Origin: Paraspadella gotoi
Lineage: Eukaryota; Animalia; Chaetognatha
Length of the DNA stretch: 64,000 nucleotides
Direction: 5' to 3'
Assembly (NCBI GenBank): GCA_051294375.1
Contig: CM119263.1
Location: forward strand, 21,309,154 to 21,373,153
Shown: positions 25,779 to 38,809 of the stretch, one piece after another
Position numbering within the stretch: the first letter of the stretch is position 1
Layout: the number at the start of each line of letters is the position of its first letter
Notes under the pieces: generated by a model
Databases searched by the model: none
The model's input: the letters and a program-made list of their open reading frames with translations, nothing else
Told to the model about the DNA's origin: nothing
Program-made: the position numbers and the translations under genes

Positions 25779-28489
25779 ACATCTTGCATATATATTTAAT
25801 ATAAAAAGAAAAATAAGTTTTTTTTCGTTTTTTTCATTTAAACTCATTTTCATATCCAGCTTCATCTCACACTGTCCTACCCACACACAAAATTTCATTC
25901 CAATCCAACCAGCCAATATCGAGTTATTGGAGCTTTTTGCTAAGTGGGACAGATGGACGGATTGATTGACTAATTAAGTAATTATTGATTAATTAATTGA
26001 CTAATTGATTTATTAACTGATTAATTATTTGATTTATTAATACATCCTTCATTTACATTTAATATAAAAGAAAAAGAAGCATAATCAATTAGTGAAACAG
26101 GTTTTTTGTTTTTTCCATTTAAACTCATTTCCACTCAAACGATTCCATTGAAACTTGATTTCTAGCTCAATCACACACTTTCCTACGCAAATACAAAATT
26201 TCAAGTCAATCGCCCCATCTACTCTTGAGTAATTGGTGTTCAAATAGTGAAATTTATTTTTTTATTTTTTCCATTTAAACTCATTTCCACTCGGACGATT
26301 CCCTCGAAACTTCATATCCAGCTTAATCACACACTTCCCTACCCACATACAAAATTTCATTCCAATCAATCCATCCAATTGGAGCTTTTTGCTAAGGTGG
26401 GACAGACGGACAGACGGACAGACGGACATCGTTTTTTTTTTTTTTTTTTTTTTTTTTGCATAATTTATCATAATTTGATGTTCTGACATGACATAAGTGA
26501 ATTTCCGACAAGATTGAGGATGCGGACCGACGGTCAGACAAAGTGAATTATAGAAAAAAAGAAAAATAGAAAAAAAAAGGGAAAAAAAAGGTGAAATTCT
26601 GTTGCGAGTTTTTGGCTTCGTTGCGCAGGAAAACTTTTCGCCGTCGATGCGACGAATTCGCGAATGAAAGAAAACGAGAACGAATCAAAAAAAAAAAAAA
26701 AAAAAAATTGAGAATGACTTGAGAATGGACAAACTTGAGATAGAATTCAACAATGAATTCTAGAACAAACAAGACTGAAATTGAACGAACCTGAAAATGA
26801 ATTACCAACTTGACACACTTGACACTTGACACTTGACACACAACTTTACACAACTTGAAAAAGTCTGACGACTTGCAGTTGATAAAAGAAATGTTTGAAG
26901 ACAAAATATAAATTTATTTATTAAGTGAAAGTGATTGAAGAAAAGCACAACGTATTAGTGCAAGAACATCCAAAAAAAAACGAAAAAAACAAAGTGCGAC
27001 GTAAAAAGCAAATTTGCCACTGACGCCGCAAACAAATCGACCGGTGAAGCGACGACGACGACGACGACGACGGCGATGACAACAACGACGGAGAGGATTG
27101 CACAGCAAGATTCCAAAGCACGAATTGAAGATAAAAGAGATGCAAGTTGTCGGACTTGTCAAGTGATATGACTTCAACCTCATTTTGAATGGTTTCCTGA
27201 GATAAAAGATTAAAAGTCACGAGAGTTAAGTTAGGAATGTTAAAATATTTGCTTTCCCCGGAATGGAAGTGTATAATTCAGTTTTTCTGGTCAGTTTCTT
27301 TATGCAAAACTTAACAACTGGAATTTAAAAAAATGGTAAAAATCTAGAATATATTATAAACTTCATGAGGACTTAAAAACAAATTTAAGTATCGATATGC
27401 AGTGAATATTTTTACTTTTGTTATAATCCTACTGAGAAAAAGCTAAAAAAATTACAAAAGAGCAAATACGTACCAAGTAGATTACTAACCTAACAAACTG
27501 TGGGCGGGAGAGAGAGAAAAATTCGGTAAAAATTATATATATATATATATTAAGGCGGGCCAGAATTTAATATCTTTTACGATATAAATAGTCTGCAATA
27601 AAAATATTTTGTCCTTTTCAAACCAAATTGACTTATGATGTTAGATTTTGATTAAATTAATTTTCTTCATGCGTGGGAGCATTTTTTTATTTAATATGCC
27701 AGGTTCACTAGGAGTGAATAAACAAGACTGTGAGAGAGTCTTGATTGAAAACTTGCAGAAACCTGCTATGTTATTATCTTGTAAGTGTGATAAAGGCCTT
27801 AAACCACCAAAGCCTGTCCAAATTTAGGGACAAGATAGCTTATTTATTAAATAAATGGATAATTTTGATATTGATTGTACCAATTTTATATAAGAAATGC
27901 TAAAGAAAGAGTGAGAGAGAGAAAGAGAGAGAGGGCAAAGTTTCCAACACAGAGTTGAGAAAGGATAGAGCTCAAAGTGAGCTGCCCAAGTAGCCGCTGA
28001 TGCAGTTTCTCCCTCCATCCCCCAGGAGGCAGAAAGGGAGCTTGCTGCTGAAGAGCCAACCGCGCCCACCACAGCGCAAATGAAAGATAAGCAGAAGCGC
28101 CCTAAGAACGTGGGCCACTTGTCCCTCCCCTACCACCAGGGGATCACTGAGTTATTGGTGATATGATATGATAATAATGATAATAAAATAGAGAAAAAAT
28201 TATTATTTTATTTTATTTTTTATTATTTTTTCACAATGTTTGTTTTAATATTTGTTTTAACTTAACTTACTTTTTATTTAGAATGGATTTTAGCTTTTTG
28301 GAAAAAAAATATATTAATAATACACGTACAGCAGCATACGTCTAGAATTTTTGAGACGGCAAACTCTGTAACTCGAGTACAAATAATAATTTTAAAGAGA
28401 GCTTTTGTCTTGATATGGCTACTCCCCCTTCGGTAAGCTATTGCTCTACGACAAATTTTGGGACGTCAGAACTTATGGTTAAAGGTAAC

Positions 28490-28560
28490 TTCAGCTAGAT
28501 TTGAACCTGAAATCTCTTGGTAGCGTTGAAATCTGGCGCGCTAAGCACTCGGCCAAATGA
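28490..28560 (-). repeat. tRNA-derived SINE-like fragment
   Basis: Minus strand has A box TGGCCGAGTGC and B box GGTTCAAATC; no intact cloverleaf. Confidence 0.4.
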
Positions 28561-29044
28561 TTTTTTAAAAAATGTTGTTCAAATTAAATTATATAAAGCT
28601 GTAGGTTCACTTTTAATTTTTGTGGGGAAACAAAAAATTCATTAATGTTAATATGCGTTCGGCCAAATCGTCTTCTGGTTATCTTGTTGGTCTCTGAGTC
28701 GTAATTTGGCAGAGATTTTGACATCTGAGTCCCAAGTTTTCCGATTTGCGACGACGATTAATACACAGAATAAAGCAAATATCTGGCTTATATTTAATGT
28801 TTGAAATTTAAGAAAAGTCAGAGGCAGTTGCCTCGTTGTTAAGCCGAGACGTCGAACGTTTTCACGTTGCTTTTAAGGTGTTTTATTAAGTGTTTTTAAC
28901 CTCTTGTTTATTGTGAAACAACTGAAACTGTTTTTATATATCGTCGCCTATTGTATCAATATTAATAAATAAGCTAATGATTGAGAGAATAAAAGAATGA
29001 AATTGTTTCGAAAAAAGAATAATCTAAGTTTTCGGTTGTCATGA

Positions 29045-29971
29045 AAACAAGTTTGAGCAAACAATGGCGGATGTGCCAACAATAATTAAGCGGTAATGAG
29101 CTAATCCGATGATAAATCATGGTAATTTTTCTGACTCTCAATTTGGATTATAACAAATCATAACAGACTTCTTAATAAATCTATGAAAAAATCTATAAAT
29201 CAATTGATCTATCAATCATTACCAGAAGCTGTGCCAACTTGCATAATTTGGTCATCTTTCATAATTTCATCAACTTGCATAATTTGGTCAACTGGCTTAA
29301 TTTGGTCAACTGTCATAATTTGGTCAACCAATATAATTTGGTCAATTGGCATAATTTGGTCAATCAATCAATAAATCAATAAATCAATCAATCAATTAAT
29401 CATTCAATCAATCAATCAATCAATCAGAGAGAGATAAAGAAAAACTTTTAATAATTGACATAAATATGTCTTTTGGTTTTCTGTTTTAAACTGTTTTCCA
29501 CTCCTACGATTCCATCAAAAACTTTTATCCAGCTTAATCACATAGTTTCCTACCCACACACCAAATTTCATTTCAATTTATCTATCCATTTTTAATAAAT
29601 AAATAATTATGAGTAAATATAAGTAAATATGCTTCAAGTAAATATGACTTTTATTTTTTCCATTTACACTCATTTACACTAGCACGATTCCATCAAAACT
29701 TTATATCCAGCTTAATCATACACTTTCCCATCCACGCACAACATTTCAATCCAATCCATCCATTCAATCATGAGTAATTGGAGTTTAATGCTAAAGGGGA
29801 TGGATGAATGGACGGATGGACAGACGGACATCATTTTTTTTTTTGCATAATTAATCATAATTCATGTTCTGATATGATAAAAATCATTTACCGACAAGAT
29901 TATGGGGTAGACCGACGGACGGACAAAGTAAATTATAGAGTCGGAATCTGCTAATAAGCAGATCCGACTAA
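29045..29971. mobile_element. Family-A HINE-like element containing a 21-bp tandem array (~29235-29365)
   Basis: AAACAAGTTTGAGCAAAC start, GCAGATCCGACTAA end; CAACTTGCATAATTTGGT-type units. Confidence 0.75.
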
Positions 29972-30321
29972 AAGGAAAAGAAAAACAAAAATTTATATTA
30001 AGGTTTTTGAAATTTAAACTAAATTTAACTAAGACTTCGACGCGGAATGGAATGGTAGAATTGAAATCCCACTCAAGGTAAATTTTTACAATAAACTGCA
30101 ATGTCCCAAAAGTGGTCTTAGAGCAATGGCTTACCAAAGTGCTCGATAACAAGACAAAAACTCGCTTTCAAATTATCATTTGTACTCGTATTACAGATCT
30201 AGCCGTCTTAGAAATTCTAGACGGATGCTACTGTACCTAAAAGGCGACAGATCTATTTTACTTTTTTAGCTCTTTCTCTCACTCACTCACTCACTCACTC
30301 ACTCACTCTCTCACTCTCTCT

Positions 30322-30355
<34 letters not shown>

Positions 30356-30932
30356 TCTCTCTCTCTCTCTCTCTCTCTTCGCTCTTTCCTTCTTTCTTTC
30401 CTACTTTCTCTTCACATGTTATCTTCTCTTTCTCCTCTTCAAAAAAAAAAAAAAAAAAAAAATATGTCAACGTCTCTTAAACTAAACTTCAGTTTTTTCT
30501 ATTTGCCCGTTTTTTTATTTCTTCTTTATGTTTACCTCTACTGTTTTCCGTCAACGGAGGCGAAAAAGAATTATTGGGTTTTTCGTCGTCGTCGTCGTCA
30601 TCGTCATCGTCGTCGTCTTCCATGTCTTCTTCCTTTGGCTCGTCGTCGTTGTCGATGTCAAATTTCGACGAGGTTCTCAAGAGACGTCAAAGAGACGATT
30701 CTCCCGATCCTCGTAACGAGGCGCTCGATTCGCCGAAGTGACAAATCGAATAGACAAAAGAACAGCGAAGGTAAATTTAAAAAAAATCTAGATCCACCTT
30801 GGAGAATTTTCCGCTAAATAAACGTGACTTTTATAGCCTTTCTTATCTTTTTTTTTTCCACTCCTTCTCTAGTTCTGAAGTAAAATCATTGAATATGAAA
30901 ATTTATCAACTAAATATTGATTAATCAGTGAA

Positions 30933-31056
30933 AAACAAGTTTGAGCAAACTATGTCGGATCTGCCCACGATAATTAAGCGGTAATCAGCTAAATAAATTT
31001 TAAAAAAATTAATAAAATAAAAAATAAATAAATAAATAAATAAATAATTAAATATA

Positions 31057-31087
<31 letters not shown>

Positions 31088-33610
31088 ATACTATAGTAGA
31101 AATAATTACAAATAAAGTACAAATAATTTTTTTTAACTATTATTTTTTTTTCACTTGCTTTATTTTTTTACTCGCATCATTTTTTAATTTGCTTCATTTT
31201 TTCAACTTGCTTCACTTTTTCAACTTGCTTCATTTTTTCAACTTGTATTATTTTTTTCAACTTGCATCATTTTTTCAACTTCCATATTTTTTTAACTTGC
31301 ATCATTTTTTTATCTCGCTCTATTTTTCTAACTCGCCTAATTTTTTCAACTTGAATAATTTTTTTCAACTGGAATAATTTTTTCAACTTGCATAATTTCT
31401 TTAACTTGCATAATTTTTTCAACTTGTATAATTTTTTAAACTTGCATAATTTTTAAACTTGCATCAGTTTTTTAACTCGCATCATTTTATTAACTTGCAT
31501 AATTTTTCAAATTTGCATCATTATTTTTAACTTGTATCATTTTTTTAACTTGCATAATTTTTTTTAATTTGCATCATTTTTTTAACTAGTATCATTTTTT
31601 CAACTCGTATCATTTTTTCAACTTGCATCAATTTTCTAACTTGCATCATTCTTTCAACTTTCAACTTCATCTTTTAACTTGCATCATTTTTTCAATATGC
31701 ATAATTTTTTTAACTTGAATCATTTTTTCAAATTGCATCATTTTTTCACCTAATTAATTAATTAATTTAAAACATTCATGAGTAAGCATAAATATAGAAC
31801 CAAATTCCTAAACTCGATCCCAAACCTTTTTTCATAATGTTTTTATATTTTCGGATAGAGAATAACTGGAATAATGTAAATCTTAAGTTACGTCTAAATT
31901 GGCCCATGGGTTTAGAAGAAATTGATCAAAAACAACCAAAGTTCCTCTCCCTTTTTTCAACATTCTCGCCTTTTAAGATTTTTGCCGATTCTGACTTCCT
32001 CTTACAAACTTTAATTTCGCTAGTTAATTTTTTTTACTTTTTTCTGGTGGAAAAGAAAGATAAATACTTAGGCTGTGATGGGGTGAATAATATTTTGTAG
32101 AATTTTGTAAGCATGCTTGTAATATCAGTCAAGTAAATATTTAAGTGAAATAAAAATTATAATTTATTTATCCAAAAAACTTTAAAGTTTTACTAGAGTA
32201 CAATGTAGCCTTTTTTCTTTCAGAATCACTAAAAAGAATTTAATTTTCATTTATTTTTATGGGGTTTCATTAGTTTTAAAATTCATTATAATTTTGACTT
32301 AGTTTGACACTCACCCTGTAAAGAGGTTTCAGCAAAAATAATTCTAATATTGTAACTTGTATGTGCCAAATGATTATGGCTTCATTTTGGTACTATTGCC
32401 ATCCCTGTATCTTTGTTCCTTCAAAAGATATCAGGAAAAATCAGTTTTTTCTCTCAACCTTCCTTTTAATTTCTTATTAAATAAAAATTTCACTGTGTCA
32501 AACCAGACCAATGGACTTTACCACGTTGGTTTACTATGAAGAGTTTGGTCAATAATGAAAAGAAAAATTTGACAAGCTCTTGAGACAAGAGGCTTTCTAA
32601 ATCTCATAATTTGAAGTAATATTTATAATGTTAACATACCCTAGCCCCGTTTACAATTTTCGAAAAGCAAAATTTCCCATTCATTTCTATAGTAAAAACG
32701 AGGTTTGAAAATTCTCCGGAGATGACTAGTGCATTTCCCCTGGCTTGTTTGATATTATTAAATCCTTTAACAAATGCCATAAGACAAATTTGACTAGCTC
32801 TTAAGATATAACGCTATCGGAATCGTGCATTTTTACAACTGTTTTTACCCGAATTTCTGGCAATCGCATTTGCAATTTGAATAATCAGATTTTAACGGAA
32901 ATCTCTTTAAGAAAAATGTTGAATTTTTTTTAAGCGAGATTCGTCAACTTGACTTTTTGTTTTTTCCATGCAAAGTCATTTCCACTCATCCATTCCATCA
33001 AAACTTTATATCGTGCTCAATCACACACTTTCCTACCCACACACAAAATTTAATCTCAATCTATCCATAAATTATAATTATTTCGATTAATTATGGATTA
33101 AAAAAGATTAAAAAAGATTCAAATAAAAGTGATCTATGTTTTTCCATCTAAACTCAATTCCACTGGCACGATTCCATCTAAACTTTATATCCAGCTTCAT
33201 CCCACACTTTCCTACCCACACACAAAATTTAATCTCAATCTCACCATCCAATTATGATTAATTCGAGTAATTAAGGGTTAAAATTAGTAAAAAATATTTA
33301 AGTTAATGTGACTTTTGTTTTTTTCATTTAAACTCATTTCAACTCGCACGATTCCATCGAAACTTTATATCCAGCTCAATCACACAATTTCCTATGGTCC
33401 TACCCACACACAAAATTTAATTCCAATCCATCCATCCAATCACGAGTAATTGGACGGACGGACGGACGGACGGACGGACAGACGGACAGTCATCTTTTTT
33501 TTGGCTTATTTAGCATAATATGGTCTTTTGATGTGATAAAAATGATTTACCGACAAGATTTAGGGGTGGTACCGACGGACCGACGGACCGACGGACCGAC
33601 AAAGTTATTT
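30933..33610. mobile_element. Family-A HINE-like element (expanded) with a ~20-bp tandem array at ~31150-31745
   Basis: Same left end; roughly 30 degenerate TTTTTCAACTTGCATCA units; (GGAC)n near the right end. Confidence 0.6.
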
Positions 33611-33850
33611 TGAAATCAGTAAATGAACAGAACGAAGTTAGAAAAATTTGGAAATTTAGTGTTTTGGACATTTCGTTAATCTTATTTTTTCAAAGACTCT
33701 GACCACAATGGAACTCAGCTAAGACTTTTTTAAACAAGCAGCTCTGGGTCCCGCTGTTCCATCACAACGAAAGAGCTCAATAAACTTTTACAATTCATAC
33801 AAAGTAAATGTTGTATTGCCTTTTATACTCCTCTCTTGGTGGAGGCATAC

Positions 33851-33939
33851 CTTGGAAGTGTTGGCGTCACTAACGATGACGTCAAGGGAGCCGTTGAGAA
33901 CCGTGTACCAGTTTGTGCCGATGTCGCCTTGCCGAAATA
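33851..33939 (-). CDS. Epac: Epac exon 3 (cNMP-binding domain A)
   Basis: cag|(L)[29 protein letters not shown]|gtatgc; Epac2 has [21 protein letters not shown]. Confidence 0.95.
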
Positions 33940-34450
33940 CTGTTGAGGCAAAAAACAACCAGTAAATCTGTTGCCATTTGGTGAATTGTTGTCATTCCGA
34001 CAAGCTATTTACGAATTAGTACTACAAAAATAAACAATGTTTAACAGGAGGGAAATCGGCGGTGGCGTCTAAGATGACTCACGTCACAATAATGTTTCGG
34101 GGTTCAAATGCCGATCATAACTATATTATAAGGTTAACTGATAATAAAATAATGCTTGAGATCCAGGATGAAAACATCAAGAATCGAATGTGCAACTTTT
34201 ACTCATTCCTCCTTTAATTTTTTCAGATGTTTAAATAGCCCGCATACACCATAACCATTCCCCTCTATCTCTTTGAACGTCTAAGATCGCGCATGTCCTC
34301 TCTGTCAACGACGCCGCCTTTCGACGCCGTTCACTTCCGTCGTCACTAATCAACGCGAGACCGTGTTGTTGACAGGCGCCACTTTTCCCTTTCACCTTAG
34401 ACGATTTTCTCGAAAAACTTTTTTCAGAGATCTGGAAATGGTTTTTCCGG

Positions 34451-34515
34451 CGTTCTCCTTGAATATCTCGATGTTCTCCTTGAATATCTCGATGTTCTCC
34501 TTGAATATCTCGATT
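34451..34515. repeat. 21-bp tandem repeat GTTCTCCTTGAATATCTCGAT x3
   Basis: Three consecutive copies. Confidence 0.9.
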
Positions 34516-34591
34516 TACTCCTTCCCGATTTAACGGTTTTGTTTGTTTCTTTTAATGACAAACTTTTTACGCCGGTCCTTTTCTTTTAATT

Positions 34592-34800
34592 TATGGTGGA
34601 CTAAAATCCACCAACCGTTCATCATCGGCCATTGGTGCCGGAGGCAAGTCATTCGCCTCCCAACCCAAAGGTCCGGGGATCTAGCCACGTGATCGCCCTA
34701 TCAGTTATGACGGACGGGGCACTTAACCCGCCTGTAACACCTTGTTACAGCCTGATCCGAAGCTCAGGGACTGCTTATATTGAACGTTTCTGTCTCTTCA
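34592..34800 (+). mobile_element. Family-1 tRNA+twister element, copy 3 (3' internal deletion between CTGTC repeats)
   Basis: Perfect TSD AATT|TATGG...CTTCA|AATT; twister fold 34701-34774 with GA-CGGG pairing to loop UCCG. Confidence 0.9.
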
Positions 34801-35021
34801 AATTCATGGTTTTGTTCCAAAACTCGTTACGGTTCTCCTCCCCAGACCGTCCTTATTCTCGTCTTTCTCCCTCTCTCGAATACATCTCAGTAAATTTCCT
34901 CTCACCTTCTTCGTCCCACTTATCACGTTTCGATCACGTTCGCCCCCCCCTTTCTTCCCCATCACTTTACCTGTCGACTTCAGCCTCTAAAGGCCGGAAA
35001 TCCTCCGTCTCTTTCGCGAGG

Positions 35022-35058
35022 TATAAAAAGACGCGAATTTCCCGAACGCTGCTCACTT
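35022..35058 (+). promoter_or_regulatory. TATA box and Inr-like site of the nested peptide gene
   Basis: TATAAAA at 35022-35028; TCACTT about 31 nt downstream; ATG at 35178. Confidence 0.55.
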
Positions 35059-35177
35059 GTCCGTCGACACTTTTTAACCGCCGAGACTTCTCTCGGAAAT
35101 ATTCAATAATTTTTAAAATTCGGAAGAGCGGAAAGGGAAAAAAAGAGCATCGCTCTTCTCACAAGGTGGACGCGGTT

Positions 35178-36060
35178 ATGTTGGCGAGTTCTAGTGGCCG
35201 CCGATCGTCACTGCTCTTCGTCGTCGAGATCGTCACCGTCGTCGTCACCATCGACTGGGCGCCCTGCAATGGAATGGACGGTGGCGCCGCCGGAATCGGA
35301 AGACTTCGAGGACGCGTCAGGTTCGTCTCCGGCGCCGCGGCTGATTTGCCGCCGAGACGGTCATCCGCGGAACCGAGATGGTTGCCGCAAAGGAGGGAAG
35401 TCGACTTAAGCCGTCTGGGAAAGTTGCTGCAGCAGCATAGAGAAAACGGAACGAAGGACGCGGCTTGGCAGGTAAGGGGGGAATGGAGTTTGGCAAATGG
35501 TTATTCCTTGGAATAAGAAATTGAAAAAGAAAAATGGGACTTTTTTTTGTTTATTATTCTGTTTATTAACGTCGTCATAGGAACTCAAATTCTTGGAAGA
35601 AATTCTTCGCCGAATCCGACAACGACCCTCGGAAACAGCGACGCCCGCGAAGGCGTCCGTCGGAAAAGATTTCGGCACCGCACGTCATTCAATCTTCGCT
35701 AAAGAAACCAACCCTTTTGGCGCTGGAAGACCGGTTTGGAACGCCGTCTACGCGCCGCCGCGGAGGCTCCACGACCCAGGAGAATCCGACGTCGCTGGCT
35801 TGGAATCGACGTCGCCGCGGGCGCAGAAATGTTCTTCCGATTCTACGGGCGGCGTCGAAGCGCCAAAGCAGAATCCGATCTTCCCCATAGAATCGGCGCC
35901 TTTTTCCGGATCGGAAACCGCGAACCAGGCGCCATTTTTAGGAGCGGATGTGGCGAGGTCGGCGACAGCGCCGCTGAAAAGAGAAAACGTGCGGCGCCTT
36001 TTGGGAAAACCTTTGACGAACGGAGGTTCCGAAGTCACTAATCCGTTTAAGTACGGATAA
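35178..36060 (+). CDS. Candidate neuropeptide precursor (257 aa; NKY/RYamide-like C-terminal ..NPFKY-amide), 2 exons, antisense in Epac intron 2
   Basis: Exons 35178-35471 and 35581-36060 (CAG|GTAAGG..CATAG|, phase 0); N-terminal hydrophobic SLLFVVEIVTVVVTI; KR before ENVRRLLGKPLTNGGSEVTNPFKYG-stop; GC-rich like other exons. Confidence 0.65.
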
Positions 36061-36755
36061 GGTTTTTGGAAGTTGCGAGTTTTCAACCTGGGATCGGACC
36101 ACCATTGACCGTTGCGGACCCAGGTTCAAAATTTTAACTTGAAATAATGAAGGATAAAGCTAAATCTGGAACCTAAACTTGGATTCACGAAAACGGACCC
36201 CTTTATACTTTAATTTTAAATTTACTATAATTTATAAGATTATTTCAGGCATATTTTATTATGATTAATTTGTTGCCTAACAAATACCAAAAAAACCATT
36301 ATTGCAGATGATAACAGACATGTAATCGTCCTTAATATTTTAATATGAAACTTTTTTAACCTTGGCATAGTATAATTCGACGGATAAAATATTAAATCAA
36401 TTACTTAAAAAAATTCAACACCTTTACGTTGACTTAATCGTTTGCACTTGTTTTTCGTTTTTTTTTTAATAAACTTATTGCTGAATACTAATGGAATATT
36501 GGACTTTGATTCTTAAACGTTACATTGATAAGTTGTGTGTATTATCCAAGATGTGCGGCCGTGTTTCTTGTAGAGCTCTAATTTAAAAAAAATATTTGCA
36601 AGCAAAAATCTTACTCCTTTAATTTTTATCCTTCTACCTTTAAAATGTTTTCTAGCCAATGTGCGTTTTGCGGGACAGTGATTTATTTATTCTAGTGTAA
36701 AAATGTGCATACAATATATTTTTTCCTAAAACAACAGGTCTCATTGTGAACTCAC

Positions 36756-36898
36756 GAGTGACTCCGGACTCGAGGTCCTCGTAGTAACCGTAGTGGCAAA
36801 TGTGCTGCAGCAGCAGCGGGTGGAACTTAGTGAAGGCCTCAACTTCCTTCAGGTGGTTGAATATGAAGTCCAGGTCCTCTCCAGTTCGATCCGCGGGT
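36756..36898 (-). CDS. Epac: Epac exon 2
   Basis: cag|(R)[47 protein letters not shown](L)|gtgagt; Epac2 has [48 protein letters not shown]. Confidence 0.95.
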
Positions 36899-37212
36899 CT
36901 GTGGAAGGGAAAGGAGAGAAAGAGAGAAAGTGTGTGGGTAAGGTCAAGAAAGGTGAGGTGGGTAAATCCCGATAATTCGAGCCATGAAGCAGCGAATTTC
37001 CAGAAAGAGTTTTAAAAGGGAGGGAGGGAGGAAAAATTAAAGTATGGACCACTTATTAAGCGGTCAAATAATGACGGAAAATCAAACGTAACGGGGCATA
37101 AAGCATGAAGAAAATTTTTTTATCTGTTGAAGTTGATTGGAAAAAGCTAATAGTAATACACTGGTCAAATATGTAAGCAAAGTGTATCTTCTAGTCAAAG
37201 CAAAAATCTAAC

Positions 37213-37298
37213 CTCTTATCCAAACAGGAAATCCAATTTTGAGGATTGAATGTGGGAAAGCCGGAGTTTTGGTGAGAAGAAAATTCGTTGGAATCCAT
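37213..37298 (-). CDS. Epac: Epac first coding exon
   Basis: MDSNEFSSHQNSGFPTFNPQNWISCLDK(R)|gttaga; matches Epac2 WIACLDKR; phase 2 joins exon 2. Confidence 0.88.
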
Positions 37299-37348
37299 GC
37301 TTGAACTGAGTGAAGCTTGAACTGAGTGAAGCTTGAACTGAGTGAAGC
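37299..37348. repeat. 16-bp tandem repeat GCTTGAACTGAGTGAA x3 immediately 5' of the Epac ATG
   Basis: Three copies abutting the start codon. Confidence 0.9.
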
Positions 37349-37842
37349 CAAATCCCGAACTGACGTCGAATTTGATGTCTTGGAAGGTTTCACACTAGTT
37401 TTTTAAATTAGATTGATCTTATTTGGATTGATACACAAACAAATTACTTTACTCCATTTTGTCAAATCGCAAATCACCTAAATGATTTGGTCTTCGCATC
37501 TATGGATTTGAGGCGGTCACCTTCATCCAGTTGCACAAGCAAGAGAACCAGCTACCTAGAAATTTGGTATACAATGCCGTCTCCCGCTTGCCTCACTCTC
37601 GCTCTCACTATCTCTCGCTCTCACTTTCTTAGAAATTGAAACAGCAAAGAGATATATTCTTGTTTCGTGTTTTTTGTTTTGTTTTTATTGGTTTGTTTTG
37701 AATTGTTCCGAAGACGCGAATAATAATTCACGCGCTTCGGGATTTCCCCGCGCGCGATTCTCTTCGTGACTTCCGGTTCGCTCGAGAAAAAGGAAAAGGC
37801 GCCGGGCGCGAGGCTGCGCGCGCGCGTGAAAGAGATTTAAAG

Positions 37843-37936
<94 letters not shown>

Positions 37937-37941
37937 CTCTC

Positions 37942-37973
<32 letters not shown>

Positions 37974-38632
37974 NNNNNNNNNNNNNNNNNNNNNNNNNNN
38001 NNNNNNNNNNNNNNNNNNNNNNNNNNNNNNNNNNNNNNNNNNNNNNNNNNNNNNNNNNNNNNNNNNNNNNNNNNNNNNNNNNNNNNNNNNNNNNNNNNNN
38101 NNNNNNNNNNNNNNNNNNNNNNNNNNNNNNNNNNNNNNNNNNNNNNNNNNNNNNNNNNNNNNNNNNNNNNNNNNNNNNNNNNNNNNNNNNNNNNNNNNNN
38201 NNNNNNNNNNNNNNNNNNNNNNNNNNNNNNNNNNNNNNNNNNNNNNNNNNNNNNNNNNNNNNNNNNNNNNNNNNNNNNNNNNNNNNNNNNNNNNNNNNNN
38301 NNNNNNNNNNNNNNNNNNNNNNNNNNNNNNNNNNNNNNNNNNNNNNNNNNNNNNNNNNNNNNNNNNNNNNNNNNNNNNNNNNNNNNNNNNNNNNNNNNNN
38401 NNNNNNNNNNNNNNNNNNNNNNNNNNNNNNNNNNNNNNNNNNNNNNNNNNNNNNNNNNNNNNNNNNNNNNNNNNNNNNNNNNNNNNNNNNNNNNNNNNNN
38501 NNNNNNNNNNNNNNNNNNNNNNNNNNNNNNNNNNNNNNNNNNNNNNNNNNNNNNNNNNNNNNNNNNNNNNNNNNNNNNNNNNNNNNNNNNNNNNNNNNNN
38601 NNNNNNNNNNNNNNNNNNNNNNNNNNNNNNNN
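37974..38632. other. Assembly gap flanked by (CT)n and (AG)n
   Basis: Run of N. Confidence 1.
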
Positions 38633-38667
<35 letters not shown>

Positions 38668-38809
38668 TAAAAGATAAAATACAGGAGCAACAACGTCAAC
38701 GACTTGCTTTTCGAATAAGATCGAAAGCTTCGTAATCAATCAACTAGAGAATTGATTCTTCGGTCATCATCAGTGTTCATTGTAATTTTAATCATGATCT
38801 ATCACAACC

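Larger units (their letters stand above)
25103..26553. mobile_element. Family-A HINE-like element (interrupted by the family-2 twister element)
   Basis: Starts AAACAAGTTTGAGCAAACAATGTCGGATCTGC; internal CCTACCCACACACAAAATTTCA repeats; (GACG/GACA)n. Confidence 0.7.

Noticed and set aside
30489-30720. Acidic minus-strand ORF (MEDDDD..) ending in a donor AG|GTAAAC as an alternative first coding exon
   Set aside because: Derives from a (GAC)n microsatellite and its phase-1 donor fits neither the anoctamin nor the Epac exon-4 acceptor (both phase 0); could only be a UTR exon
31150-31745. CRISPR-like array
   Set aside because: Contiguous degenerate tandem units without unique spacers, in a eukaryotic repeat
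34632-35177. 5' extension of the 294-aa ORF
   Set aside because: Starts at a non-ATG codon inside the twister element and crosses the TATA box; only the part from ATG 35178 is credible
37728-38739. 300+ aa ORFs
   Set aside because: Artefacts of the N gap and (AG)n tracts
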